Virus record (IMG/VR): IMGVR_UViG_3300037337_000032
Span: 10,498 to 74,497 of that record
Origin: a virus
Length of the DNA stretch: 64,000 bases
Strand: one strand, 5' to 3'
In this document: positions 48,151-57,725 of the stretch, in pieces
Numbering within the stretch: the first letter of the stretch is position 1
How the letters are laid out: each line of letters opens with the position of its first letter
Program-made: the position numbers and the translations under genes
Notes under the pieces: generated by a model
The model's database searches: none
The model's input: only the letters and a program-made list of their open reading frames with translations
What the model was told of the DNA's origin: nothing

Positions 48151-50837
48151 TTATGATACTAATGAACTGCGATACTCAGGTATTACACCAGAAGCACCCG
48201 ATCCAAAGGGGTTTGAACCTGTGAAGTCAGGTAGTGAAAACGTAGGAATAACTAGCTCTTTATTTAACAAAAGAAAGGCATCTGAACAAACGTCTGCAAT
48301 GTCATCTTTCTTTTTAGGGTCACCATCGAATACTTCAAGTTCATCATAAAACGCTTTGTTCCAGTCTGCTTTTACTACATTAATAAAACCAGCTTGTGCT
48401 ACACTTGAGAATGGTGCAAAGCGAGTAACCTTTGATTTAACTGGTTTAGACAACCTTACGTTGAAGCCCATCTCTCCTAATTTGCGCTGTAAATCTCTTG
48501 CATAAGCTCCAGCAGCAGCAGCAGGATCAAGAGGGATAGATACTGTTACATCTTGACCATCATGCACTGCAGTCTCAAAGATCATTTTCTCTACGTTATG
48601 CACTCTATCTCTCATAGACCGTAGATCTTCTACAGTATACACATTAGTACTATCCTTTGACATTAGCACGCCACGAGTCCAGTCTGGATTAGGGTACTGC
48701 TCCGAAGGCAAGCTAAAGGCAAGATCCCATGCTCTAATGCGCTTCTTAGCTCTTCCGTTAGGTAGCTCTACCTCTTGTACCCACTCGCGTTTAAACAGCC
48801 CAGAGGACTGCTGACGAGCGTACCATGAACCTAGTAGCAACCGTTCCATTTCTACTCTAGGCAATGCCTTGAGTTTAGATATATAGGTAGGATCTGCTTT
48901 CATCAGTGGAGGGTTATCGTAGATTGTACCCGGTATGAACTTAAAGGTAAGAATACCAGATTGATCTCCTCCACCGTAAGTATCTTCTAGCTCTCGCTTA
49001 GTATCCGACCACACAAGAGATCCACCTGCTACTTGCACCATGTAGCGCATCGGGTATATTTCTTTTCTAATTGGTATACCACGTTCATCTAATGCGAATT
49101 CTACCCACTCTCTGATAAAACTATCATAGTCTGGATTGCCTGTAGCAAATGCTTGCTTCTTATAATCCACAGAAGTAGACCGTAGACGTGAAAGCAGGTA
49201 AACTACGTTATCTTGATTCAACTGCTGTATTTCATCAAAGCCTAGAAACGTTATTTCTGAACCTTGATAGTTATACTTATCTGAAGCAGTATCTAAATAT
49301 CCAAAACGTAATTTAGCTCCAGAACGAAAGATTAGCTCCTGCTCGCGCACTTTTACTCTCAGCTTAGGATCTACTTTTTTATACAGATTTACTGCTGAAT
49401 CAAATAAACCGCCTGGATTAGATATCTGTTTAGTAGTTCTTCTGAAGATTACACCACGAGTTCTAGGGTGGTGACAGAACTTCAGGAATGCACCTAAAAG
49501 ACAGTGCGAATTATGAGTAACAATGTAATTACTCGTTAAGAATAATCTGTCTTCACCTGAAATACTTATGCATGTAGCGTAATCTGAGGCAACTTTTGTT
49601 ATGCTGATTATGCGATTGCCAGTAATCTTGAACTTAGTCCTTGTACTTTTTCTAGGTAAGCTGAAGAGTTTGCTCTGATATTTACCTCTGATATATAAGT
49701 TGTATGAATCTAAGCATGGTACCTTAGCACCTAACTTGTTTTTGTAATACGTCTTTTTAACCTTAATAGAACAAGTAAACCCAAGCGAATGCAATACCTG
49801 TTTGATATCCGAAGCTAGTACCTCAGATGCAGTAGAATAATAACAAGCACCGCCTGCGTCTACATAGCCGTCTGTATCCATCAAACCTTGTAGAAGGTTG
49901 AAACGATCCTCTACTGTACTTCTTTTATATTCTTCTGGTATGAACTTAGTTTCAGACCTTTTACCATATAAGTTTAATTTCTTTAGTGCAGGTACTAGTT
50001 TTTGAACACCATACATAAATACATTATTAGGTTTCTCCGATGAGTACCTATTTACAGTATAACCTTCACTGCGAATTCTATCGATAATCTCTACATCTTG
50101 AGAGGTAATAGTAGCAATAGTTGACACTAAGCAGCCATCACCAATAAGCGCACCAAGTGTATATGGGGCTATATCTAACTGCTCTTTATCAAAGCCTATA
50201 GGCTCTGTAAGAGGTAGTATAGGTCTGAAACCTTTACCTAGTCTATTCAAAAGATGAAGAGTTGTATCAACCTTAACCTTGCCTCTGCCTCTAGCTTCAT
50301 GGTAAGACCAAAGGTGCTCACCGCAAACATCTACAGTAGAAGCATCTTGCATCTCAACCCTGTAAATATCTACTACACCCTGTGGGAATATACCTGTTAC
50401 TTTTTCCTTTGTGTTCTTGTGGGTTATTACTGTTTCGCCAATATAGATATCTTCTACATTCTTGAAACCAACATCAGTGAGCACTTTTTCACCATGTCTA
50501 AGTGCTTTACCAGAACCAGCTGCCTTTACTGTTATATGCTTCGTTAGAGCATCCCAAGTTTCCTTGGGTGTCGGACTATATCTTTGCAACTCAATGCACC
50601 TACTGTTTCAGCTCCACTTGGAGCTTACTCCCTTGCGGGATAGTCTCTACACACGCCCGAAGTTTCCTTCTGCTTGGCTCGGTATTGCCCTCGTCTTTAC
50701 GTTAGGGTTTCACCGAATTAAATAGGTTTTAAATGGAGGCGCATATGTTCACCACCATAGAATGTAATATCTGCATCACTCATTAAGAATTGTTCCTGAG
50801 CACTAGATGCAGGTGAAAATACAATGTTACTTGACAT
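48151..50837 (-). CDS. terL: terminase large subunit; exon 1 50837-50751 joined to exon 2 50523-48151; contains intein
   Basis: Spliced N-terminus MSSNIVFSP...ITFYGG|AAGSGK|S restores Walker A; FDEIQQ Walker B, ATGNP, RAWDLA, KDDIAD nuclease motifs; AAGGA RBS before 50837. Confidence 0.92.
49510..50505 (-). mobile_element. class 3 intein (332 aa) with LAGLIDADG homing endonuclease
   Basis: Starts ALRHGEKVLT, block B CGEHLW, block F ATCISI, ends VTHN|S; LGALIGDG and LQGLMDTDG motifs. Confidence 0.9.
50524..50750 (-). mobile_element. group I intron without ORF (227 nt)
   Basis: 5' exon ends U with P1 GGUGGU/GCCUCC; P AAUUCGGUGAA, Q AAUACCGAGCC, R GUAGAGACUA, S AAGAUAUAGUCC; P9 CCCAAG-GAAA-CUUGGG; terminal G. 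Confidence 0.92.
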
Positions 50838-50845
50838 TTATATCC

Positions 50846-51190
50846 TTAATCCGAGTTAATTACTTTTAAGCTAAATACTGGAGCATTCTGCTGCTGAATC
50901 TCAATACCTGCTTCATCTTGTGCTTCTTCTGTGTCATACATATCTAAAGTTAATCTGCGATAGTTATCCAAAAGGATAGTTGCAGCTTTTAGCTGATTTT
51001 GATGCGAAGCTTCTTGGTTCTTCATGATACTTGCAGCCTGTACAATAGCTTCAGCGATATGGGGCTTAATTCGCCTTAACAGCATAACCAACTCACGTTC
51101 TTTTAGTTCGCGGTTAGTTGGCTTATCACCTACAGTGTCTTGTCTAGGTGGTCTTCCCTGCGGGTTACCTGATTTACCTTTTATAAACAT
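50846..51190 (-). CDS. terS: putative terminase small subunit
   Basis: F.KGKSGNPQGRP (DUF5681-type) N-terminus; directly upstream of terL exon 1. Confidence 0.75.
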   Translation of the reverse strand: MFIKGKSGNPQGRPPRQDTVGDKPTNRELKERELVMLLRRIKPHIAEAIVQAASIMKNQEASHQNQLKAATILLDNYRRLTLDMYDTEEAQDEAGIEIQQQNAPVFSLKVINSD

Positions 51191-51204
51191 TTAATCTCTC
51201 CTAT

Positions 51205-51406
51205 GTTAGCTCTGGTTACGATTCCAGAATAGCCCTCTCGTAGCTATCGCCGATTAATACGCTGTTACTTTGAATAAGTACTTGGCTTGCTATGGCAGCA
51301 AGCTACCATCTGCAATACTCAGCTGAAGTGCAAACTTCATGTTACCTCGCAACAGATTCGAGGGACGCCTAAAACCGCAGCGACAACGTACCCAAGGTAG
51401 AGTTCC
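51205..51406 (-). ncRNA. putative ~200-nt structured RNA between tRNA-Tyr and terS
   Basis: Multiple stems whose G-U pairs work only on minus strand; pseudoknot-type pairings. Confidence 0.5.
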
Positions 51407-51491
51407 TGGTGGATATTCTAGGAGTCGAACCTAGTTGCCCGAAGGCCACAGATTTACAGTCTGCTGCAGTCGCCAATGCTGCTCAACATCC
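51407..51491 (-). tRNA. tRNA-Tyr(GUA)
   Basis: GGATGTT/AATATCC acceptor, GCAGA-CTGTAAA-TCTGT, long variable arm, T arm, CCA. Confidence 0.93.
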
Positions 51492-51522
51492 TTTTCTGTT
51501 TGCTATTGTGTAATATCGTATA

Positions 51523-51593
51523 TGGTAGCAGAGGAAGGACTCGAACCTTCTGCATCGAGCTTATGAGACTGACGGATACCCTGAATCCCTGCG
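51523..51593 (-). tRNA. atypical/degenerate initiator-like tRNA (CAU)
   Basis: C1:U72 mismatch, CTCATAA loop, intact T arm and CCA; shortened D arm, bulged anticodon stem. Confidence 0.6.
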
Positions 51594-51608
51594 TTAATTT
51601 AGTACTTA

Positions 51609-51797
51609 CTAATCTTCTGTAATTGCGTTATCATAAAAGACAACTCGTGTCTTTCCGTTTGGGCGCTTTAATAATTCTAATTCTACTTGCATTTCAGAAT
51701 CAATGTCATCTAGAGCATCAGCTTGACAGCTTTCGCACTCAGAGCCTTGATCGAATACTACAAGTTTAAAATATTGGTTGCAACTTGTGCATCTCAT
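51609..51797 (-). CDS. small Zn-finger protein
   Basis: MRCTSC...CESC; start uncertain. Confidence 0.5.
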   Translation of the reverse strand: MRCTSCNQYFKLVVFDQGSECESCQADALDDIDSEMQVELELLKRPNGKTRVVFYDNAITED

Positions 51798-51812
51798 AAT
51801 TGTTATTATTCT

Positions 51813-51865
51813 TTCTTTGTATATAGCTACGAAGATAATTTCTTTGTATATAGCTACGAAGATAA
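51813..51865. repeat. 26-nt direct repeat, 27-nt period
   Basis: TTCTTTGTATATAGCTACGAAGATAA x2. Confidence 0.85.
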
Positions 51866-52068
51866 ACCTCGTATACTTTTGTAAGTCCCGGTTACTTATC
51901 CGGGTCACACTGAAGCATCTAGAACTGAAAGGAGTGAAAGGGTAGCTAGACTAACGTATGAAGATTGTCTTCTTTGTAGTGTTAAGCTTTTTCTGTCTTA
52001 AACAGGTTTGCACCTCTTAATAGTGCAATTTATTTTAGATCTTGTACTTAATTCACAAAGAAGTCTCG

Positions 52069-52097
52069 ATTATAGCACAAGATATGCTGTATTTCAA
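52069..52097 (-). promoter_or_regulatory. sigma70 promoter upstream of tRNA/terminase operon
   Basis: TTGAAA-17 nt-TATAAT (TGCTATAAT). Confidence 0.7.
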
Positions 52098-52131
52098 GAG
52101 CAATATCAATTAATATCCAATATATCTGATA

Positions 52132-52623
52132 TCAATCGAATATACAATATCTGTTTAAAATCTTAGCGTATTTAAGTTGTATCCTAGAATACAGTATTTT
52201 AGCTATTACTACATCTTGCACTACTCTTACTTTATCCTTTGAATTCTCTTTCCATATCAGAAGATATGAAAACATATCCTTAGAATGCGGCTGCAGTTTT
52301 AAAGCACCTGATAAGTTTCTATGTGCTTCTTTGATAATATTATATATATTCTTAGGTAATAGTTTTAAGTTTATATACCTATAATCATCTTCATTTAAAT
52401 TTCTATGCAAGACTACTTTATCTTTTTGCACTATTATATTTTGCACAAGTTGTATTGCTGTCTTATTAGCTTTAAACTTTAATCTCTTACCATTCTTATA
52501 AAATATAATATAACCCTCTTCATTTGGAAATATCCTACGGTATCTTAAATTATTCTTTATTATAAAGAAAGCACCTTCAATCATGTCATAATCTAAAATT
52601 AAACTTATTTCTGTTATTGTCAT
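52132..52623 (-). CDS. degenerate HNH-endonuclease-like protein
   Basis: LDYD...G.F...EGY...VLHRNLNEDDYRYINL resembles HNH motif with substitutions. Confidence 0.45.
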   Translation of the reverse strand: MTITEISLILDYDMIEGAFFIIKNNLRYRRIFPNEEGYIIFYKNGKRLKFKANKTAIQLVQNIIVQKDKVVLHRNLNEDDYRYINLKLLPKNIYNIIKEAHRNLSGALKLQPHSKDMFSYLLIWKENSKDKVRVVQDVVIAKILYSRIQLKYAKILNRYCIFD

Positions 52624-52662
52624 ATTGCACCTAATAAATAATAAAAGAATATACTTAGTATA

Positions 52663-53320
52663 TTAATATAGGATATCAATGTAGGTTATATTAATATTGT
52701 AATTATAGTTAAATCTACATTGGTATCCTATATTAACTATATTACTTGATCTGATTAACTAAAAATTACAGCTTTGATAGAAGCCTCTACAAGCTCTTTG
52801 TTGATGTTCAGGCTACACACCCATCAACTTAGTCTCTACGAACCGTCTGAGAGCGTTCTAGAGCACCTGTTGAGCCTTTCTGACGATCTGCACCAACTAC
52901 AAGTTCAGTATTGCACTAAAATTCAGTTTATTAGCACTAATCTTACTTTATTACTTTATTACTTTATTACTTTATTACTTTATTAAATAATAATAATATC
53001 ACGAGCTGAATATAGATTATTAATATATATAATATATATAATAACAACTGCAGTTATACTATATATTAATAATCTATATTAAACTGCAGTTATACTAGTA
53101 GTTATTTATATCTTAGTTATATATACAGTTTATTAATGTTACTATCTAATGTTAATATGTATAGTACTATCAGATGTTACTATTAATATATAACACATGA
53201 TTAACCTATATATAACTGAGATATAACTGCAGTTTAACGTATAGTATTAATATAGGTATTATTAACGTTAATAATAATATACGTATATAATATACATATA
53301 TACCTATATATATACGTTAG
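52663..53320. repeat. very AT-rich noncoding region with long inverted repeats and an 8-nt tandem repeat
   Basis: 25-bp IR 52663-52736, 21-bp perfect IR 53009-53080, (TTACTTTA)n near 52943-52984, three AACTGCAGTT palindromes. Confidence 0.75.
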
Positions 53321-53329
53321 TATATTCTT

Positions 53330-53409
53330 AGTGTAGCACAGGTTTTTACACTTGTCAAGCTATTTCTATAAATTGTTTACTTGACTTGTGCAAAAGCTTA
53401 TGTTACAAT
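53330..53409. promoter_or_regulatory. back-to-back sigma70 promoters
   Basis: Minus TTGACA-17-TACACT (53358-53330); plus TTGACT-17-TACAAT (53381-53409), both TG-extended. Confidence 0.7.
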
Positions 53410-53455
53410 AATTTAACATTAAGAGATTAACCCACATAACCCACAAAGGAGAGCT

Positions 53456-53719
53456 ATGAATATTAAGAAAATTGAAGCATATAGTTTATTTGAATTCTGC
53501 CAAACAGTAGAACAAAATATCAAAGATGGATGGAAGTTTGACTTTGAAAGTAATGAAAACTTTCCAAGTGCTTACGGTAGTATGCTAGTTGCAGGTATGG
53601 TAAAAGATATTGCAATTAGTTCTAAAGATACTATCTCAAAAGATAATACAGATAATACTGAAGATACTAATACAGAGTCTGAAACAGTAATTAAAAGAGG
53701 AAGAAAACCTAAACAATAG
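53456..53719 (+). CDS. hypothetical protein with C-terminal AT-hook-like motif
   Basis: AAGGAG RBS; ends KRGRKPKQ. Confidence 0.7.
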   Translation: MNIKKIEAYSLFEFCQTVEQNIKDGWKFDFESNENFPSAYGSMLVAGMVKDIAISSKDTISKDNTDNTEDTNTESETVIKRGRKPKQ

Positions 53720-53861
53720 AGATAATAAATAGACAGAATATATAGCAGTAAATAGCAATAAATTTAAGTAAATATCAGTAAAATATAATTAAATAATAGT
53801 CTATATTAAATTACTGATATTACTTATATTATTAATATTATAAAGTAGTTAAAGGGAATAT

Positions 53862-54686
53862 ATGAAACGTAATCAGAAAGTTCAATCTCAGCGGGTACAG
53901 AAGGAGAAGTTTACTCGCAGTCAGTTCCCAATTCTTCATGCGCTGAATGACAGGCAAAGTGAACTACTAGAGGCACTAAAATATAATACTCTTGTTGTTG
54001 CACGAGGTAGTGCAGGTACTGGTAAGACTCTACTAGCTGTGCATCATGCAGCTAAGAAACTGCACTTCGGTGACGTTAAGAAAGTAGTGCTAATCCGTGC
54101 ATATCAAGCTCTAGCTGGTCGTAGCATTGGTTTCCTTCCGGGTACAGCAGAAGAGAAATTACTTCCTTTTTATCAGCAGATGATTGACTACTTCGAGGAC
54201 TATCTTGGTAAAGCTACTACAGATATTCACTTAAAGACTAAAACTATTGAAATCTGTAGCCTAGAGACTATCCGAGGTAGAAGCTGGAATGAAAGCATTA
54301 TTATTGTAGATGAGAGTCAAAATCTATATGTGCCAGAGATTCAAGCACTTACTACCCGAGTAGGAAAAGATTCTCAAATTATCTTTTGTGGTGATAACAC
54401 AGGACCACAAACTGACGTTAAGAAAGGAATGGATGGTCTAACCTACTTAGAGAAGATTTGCCATAAGTACAATATCAATGATTGTAGCTTTACTACATTC
54501 TCAAGAGAGCACGTAGTTCGAAGCGGTCTGACAAAAGAGTTCGTTATTGCATTTGAAGATGAGATTGAGTCTGAATTTACAAAGAACAGTGTAATTGATG
54601 AATACACGAAATCTCTATCTACTAACTCTGCACCAAAGTATAATAGCAATAATATCAATAAGAAAGGTAGCACTAATGCAAAATAA
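53862..54686 (+). CDS. phoH: PhoH family ATPase
   Basis: GSAGTGKT, IGFLPG..EEK, RGRS, IIVDESQN, TRVG, GD..Q, VRS. Confidence 0.95.
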   Translation: MKRNQKVQSQRVQKEKFTRSQFPILHALNDRQSELLEALKYNTLVVARGSAGTGKTLLAVHHAAKKLHFGDVKKVVLIRAYQALAGRSIGFLPGTAEEKLLPFYQQMIDYFEDYLGKATTDIHLKTKTIEICSLETIRGRSWNESIIIVDESQNLYVPEIQALTTRVGKDSQIIFCGDNTGPQTDVKKGMDGLTYLEKICHKYNINDCSFTTFSREHVVRSGLTKEFVIAFEDEIESEFTKNSVIDEYTKSLSTNSAPKYNSNNINKKGSTNAK

Positions 54687-55431
54687 CTTTAGTAATCAAA
54701 ATAACTTTAGTAATCAAAATAACTTTAGTAAGTTTAATCAATTTAAGCAATTTAAGCAGCTACCTTCTAATGCTACTAACGATGACGATGATGACGATGA
54801 AATTGAAGCTATCTCCCGAAGTTTACAATACCTACCTTATTTCGAGAGTAAGCGAATAAACCGCTGTATTAAAATAAGTTTAGATGAAAGTATTAAAGCA
54901 CCTAAGTACTATCGTACAGTATTACAGGGTATTGATTCATTATCTGAAGATGACATCGTACTATTGAATATTAATAGCTATGGTGGGCAACTAGATGGTG
55001 CTATTGCAATTATCAATGGTATTCAAAATACAGCAGCAGATGTATATGCTAATATCGAAGGTATAGCAGCCAGTGCAGCTTCACTTATTGCACTAGCTGC
55101 TCCTAGTGTTAGCGTAGCACCTTACGCTAGCATGATGGTACATTCAGCTACCTTTGGAACTTTCGGTAAACAGTCAGATGTCATCTCACATGCTTCATTC
55201 GTAGACAAGCAAGTGCGTGGTTTAATGTGCAGTATCTATAAGGATTTCCTAAGTGAAAGAGAACTTGAAGAAGTAATTATGGGTAAAGAGTTCTGGTTTG
55301 ATGCAGATGAGATTATTTCTAGGTTAGAAGTAAGAAATGCACTAGCAGAGAAGAGATTCAAAGCACAGCAAAAAGCAGAGAAAGTTGCAGAGAAAGTTGC
55401 AGATAAGTCTAAAGTTGTTATTCAAACATAA
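54676..55431 (+). CDS. ClpP-like (S14/S49) protease
   Basis: INSYGG, AASAAS, MMVH motifs; low-complexity N-terminus. Confidence 0.85.
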   Translation: MQNNFSNQNNFSNQNNFSKFNQFKQFKQLPSNATNDDDDDDEIEAISRSLQYLPYFESKRINRCIKISLDESIKAPKYYRTVLQGIDSLSEDDIVLLNINSYGGQLDGAIAIINGIQNTAADVYANIEGIAASAASLIALAAPSVSVAPYASMMVHSATFGTFGKQSDVISHASFVDKQVRGLMCSIYKDFLSERELEEVIMGKEFWFDADEIISRLEVRNALAEKRFKAQQKAEKVAEKVADKSKVVIQT

Positions 55432-55486
55432 TAATATTTATTATATATTTGATAGTATAAATATACTACTAAAAAATTAAAATTTT

Positions 55487-55523
55487 AAACCCCTTGGTGT
55501 AATAACCTTGGGGTTTTTCTTTT
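55487..55523 (+). terminator. Rho-independent terminator
   Basis: AAACCCC/GGGGTTT stem then T-run. Confidence 0.65.
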
Positions 55524-56219
55524 GGAAAATATCTACCGTAAAGATACTTTTACTACAGCTCACAGGTGCTGTTTTATACTATTCAAGCTACCTGTACTAC
55601 AGAGCAGTAATACGGCAGCTTGTAGGGTGGTTTTAAAGCCTTGGCTGGCTACTGCTGTGCCTTATATCAGGTTTACATCTGTTGATCATACCTTGATATA
55701 CCCTTTGTAGTATTTCTGATAGTACTTTAGGTTATGTCTGGTTTAGTGTAGTTTAACCAGAGTAAGACCCAGGTGTCTGATAGGAACCTTACTACCCTGC
55801 CCAAGTATAACTATGATTTTAAAATATCTGGTTAACTTCTGTTTATATATACGTAGTATCTATTATGGTATTATTTTATTCAGATATTAATAATATAAAC
55901 TTATCATAGAATACACTCGGTCTAGAATTTTTTTATAGGGTTATCTGGGTTATATTGTAGGTTCTATCCGGGCGCTGGTGTTCTTTGCCGCATGGCTTTT
56001 GATTTACAATTAGGCCACACGACAAAAACCCCGATATCATTCTCAGATAATCGGGTGTATTTATAAGCATAATTTATGCTGCATTTACTGTTTTAATCTG
56101 CTATGCATAAATTTAATATAGTACTTATTAGAATAAGCGCTCAAGAATATTACTCCAATAAGTACCCAACAAAATAACCATGAATATAGTATTGCAAGGC
56201 ACACTATTTTAATCATATG

Positions 56220-56987
56220 TTAACCCTGAAAATGCTTTGCAGTTGAGCCATGAGCTACGATTGCAATAGATTTTGCTTTAGTAGTCGAGCCGGTGCATAA
56301 TTTGCATGAATTGCACGTTGATTTATACCCTGCCTCTTTACTTGCTGGACATAAAATCTCATCACTCATTAGGGTAGTTTTGCCGTGTTCTTTCCATTGT
56401 TGCACGGGTATAACGCGAAACGTTCTATAACCCTTAGTGTGCGCTTTCCTTGCCTCCTCTGGTGTATCTGCACTATACATTGCAAGAGTGTATGCACTAG
56501 GTTTATTGGTGTCGTGCTGGTGAGTGTATCCCGTGTGTCCTAAGCTGTGCATCAATAGATTATCCCATACGGTATCGGGGACTGCTGCCGGGTCGCCGTA
56601 TGTACCAAGCCTAACCATGCGTTCTCTTCCTATGGCTTGCGTTTGCTCTGGTGATGCCTGCGGGTAGTTGCCTTTAATATGCGCCTTGTAAACCACGTTA
56701 GGGCCTTGTCCAAGGTTAACATAACATGAACGGCCTGCTGCAGTCTTTTTATTTGGGTTGTCGTGTGAATTTCCTCTATGCTTACAATTTCCGCAAATAG
56801 CATAATCTGCGCCGGTCTTACTCGCTAGCATTGGGTTCATGTCGGCGCGGATAATATGAGTCTGAATCATGTTGCCGGTTTTGACGTTGCCTGATTTTAC
56901 GATTGCGACAACAATAATCGGTGAACCATCAATTAGGGATGGGCCGTTATATATAACGCTACTCTTGGGTTTAATCTGTTTTGTCAT
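56220..56987 (-). CDS. conserved Cys-rich phage protein of unknown function
   Basis: NVKTGNMIQT, ICGNC...CYV, RLGTYGDPAAVP, GYTHQ, CPAS...CxxCxLC; start after AAGGA. Confidence 0.7.
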   Translation of the reverse strand: MTKQIKPKSSVIYNGPSLIDGSPIIVVAIVKSGNVKTGNMIQTHIIRADMNPMLASKTGADYAICGNCKHRGNSHDNPNKKTAAGRSCYVNLGQGPNVVYKAHIKGNYPQASPEQTQAIGRERMVRLGTYGDPAAVPDTVWDNLLMHSLGHTGYTHQHDTNKPSAYTLAMYSADTPEEARKAHTKGYRTFRVIPVQQWKEHGKTTLMSDEILCPASKEAGYKSTCNSCKLCTGSTTKAKSIAIVAHGSTAKHFQG

Positions 56988-56988
56988 G

Positions 56989-57381
56989 CTATCCTTTTGG
57001 TAATTCAACTTCATCGCCGAGCTTGCTGGCCACGTAACAGCGCATGGCTGCGACTAGTGGTGTTTGGCCGTACCCATTGAATACCCGCACACCAGGCTGA
57101 GCGCACCAACCGGAACCATAGGTAATGGAAAAAACATCGATGCGTTCACTCTCAATAATCGGTCCAGCTTGCGTCCAGTCGGTCGAGTATGCAGGCACTA
57201 AAGCTGCCTTTACACCCCCAGGAAAAACAATAACTGGATGATTTTGCGCAAAATAACAGTCTCTACCTTTCCAGTAGTCGTTCTCCGTCTCTAACCAATT
57301 CCGGTATGTCTTAACGGTATGTCCTTCGCACTTCGCCACTGCCCAATCAAGGGCTGTTCCCGTCAATTCTGATGTTTTCAC
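56989..57381 (-). CDS. NinX family (DUF2591) protein
   Basis: ELTG.ALDWAVA...YSTDW.Q.GPII...TPL.AAMRCYV. Confidence 0.85.
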   Translation of the reverse strand: MKTSELTGTALDWAVAKCEGHTVKTYRNWLETENDYWKGRDCYFAQNHPVIVFPGGVKAALVPAYSTDWTQAGPIIESERIDVFSITYGSGWCAQPGVRVFNGYGQTPLVAAMRCYVASKLGDEVELPKG

Positions 57382-57391
57382 GATGCAACCC

Positions 57392-57724
57392 TTAATCTTT
57401 TTGTTGCTTTGCTATGCCCAGTGATTCTAGATATTGTCTAGCGGCTTCTTTCGCCAAGCATACGCCGTGCGAGTTAGTGTAGTAGTCTCCTACTTTTTTG
57501 AATCCGCCCGAGCCTGGGAGATAACTTACAATGCTGTCCCATAATGAAAGGTTAATATCGTTCATATGCCTATCTGTCGATTTGATAAGTTGGTCATGTC
57601 CTATGACGGAAAGCACGCGGTCGATCGTGCGTTGGGTGACGAACTGCCCGAAATACTTCCGATGCGCTGCGATTGCATCGATTTCGTTGTCCAGCATGTA
57701 CTCGGCGTAGGTGTAATATTGCAT
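57392..57724 (-). CDS. hypothetical protein
   Basis: HRKYFGQFV...VCLAKEAAR; start after GGAG. Confidence 0.65.
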   Translation of the reverse strand: MQYYTYAEYMLDNEIDAIAAHRKYFGQFVTQRTIDRVLSVIGHDQLIKSTDRHMNDINLSLWDSIVSYLPGSGGFKKVGDYYTNSHGVCLAKEAARQYLESLGIAKQQKD

Positions 57725-57725
57725 T

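Noticed and set aside
50524-50589. ORF-track start of terminase (MQRYSPT...)
   Set aside because: These codons are group I intron S/P9 sequence; the true start is 50837
51340-51406. tRNA-associated HDV-like (theta) ribozyme after tRNA-Tyr or the plus-strand tRNAs
   Set aside because: No P1 partner for the first nucleotides after CCA and no recognisable P3/L3/J4-2 core by eye
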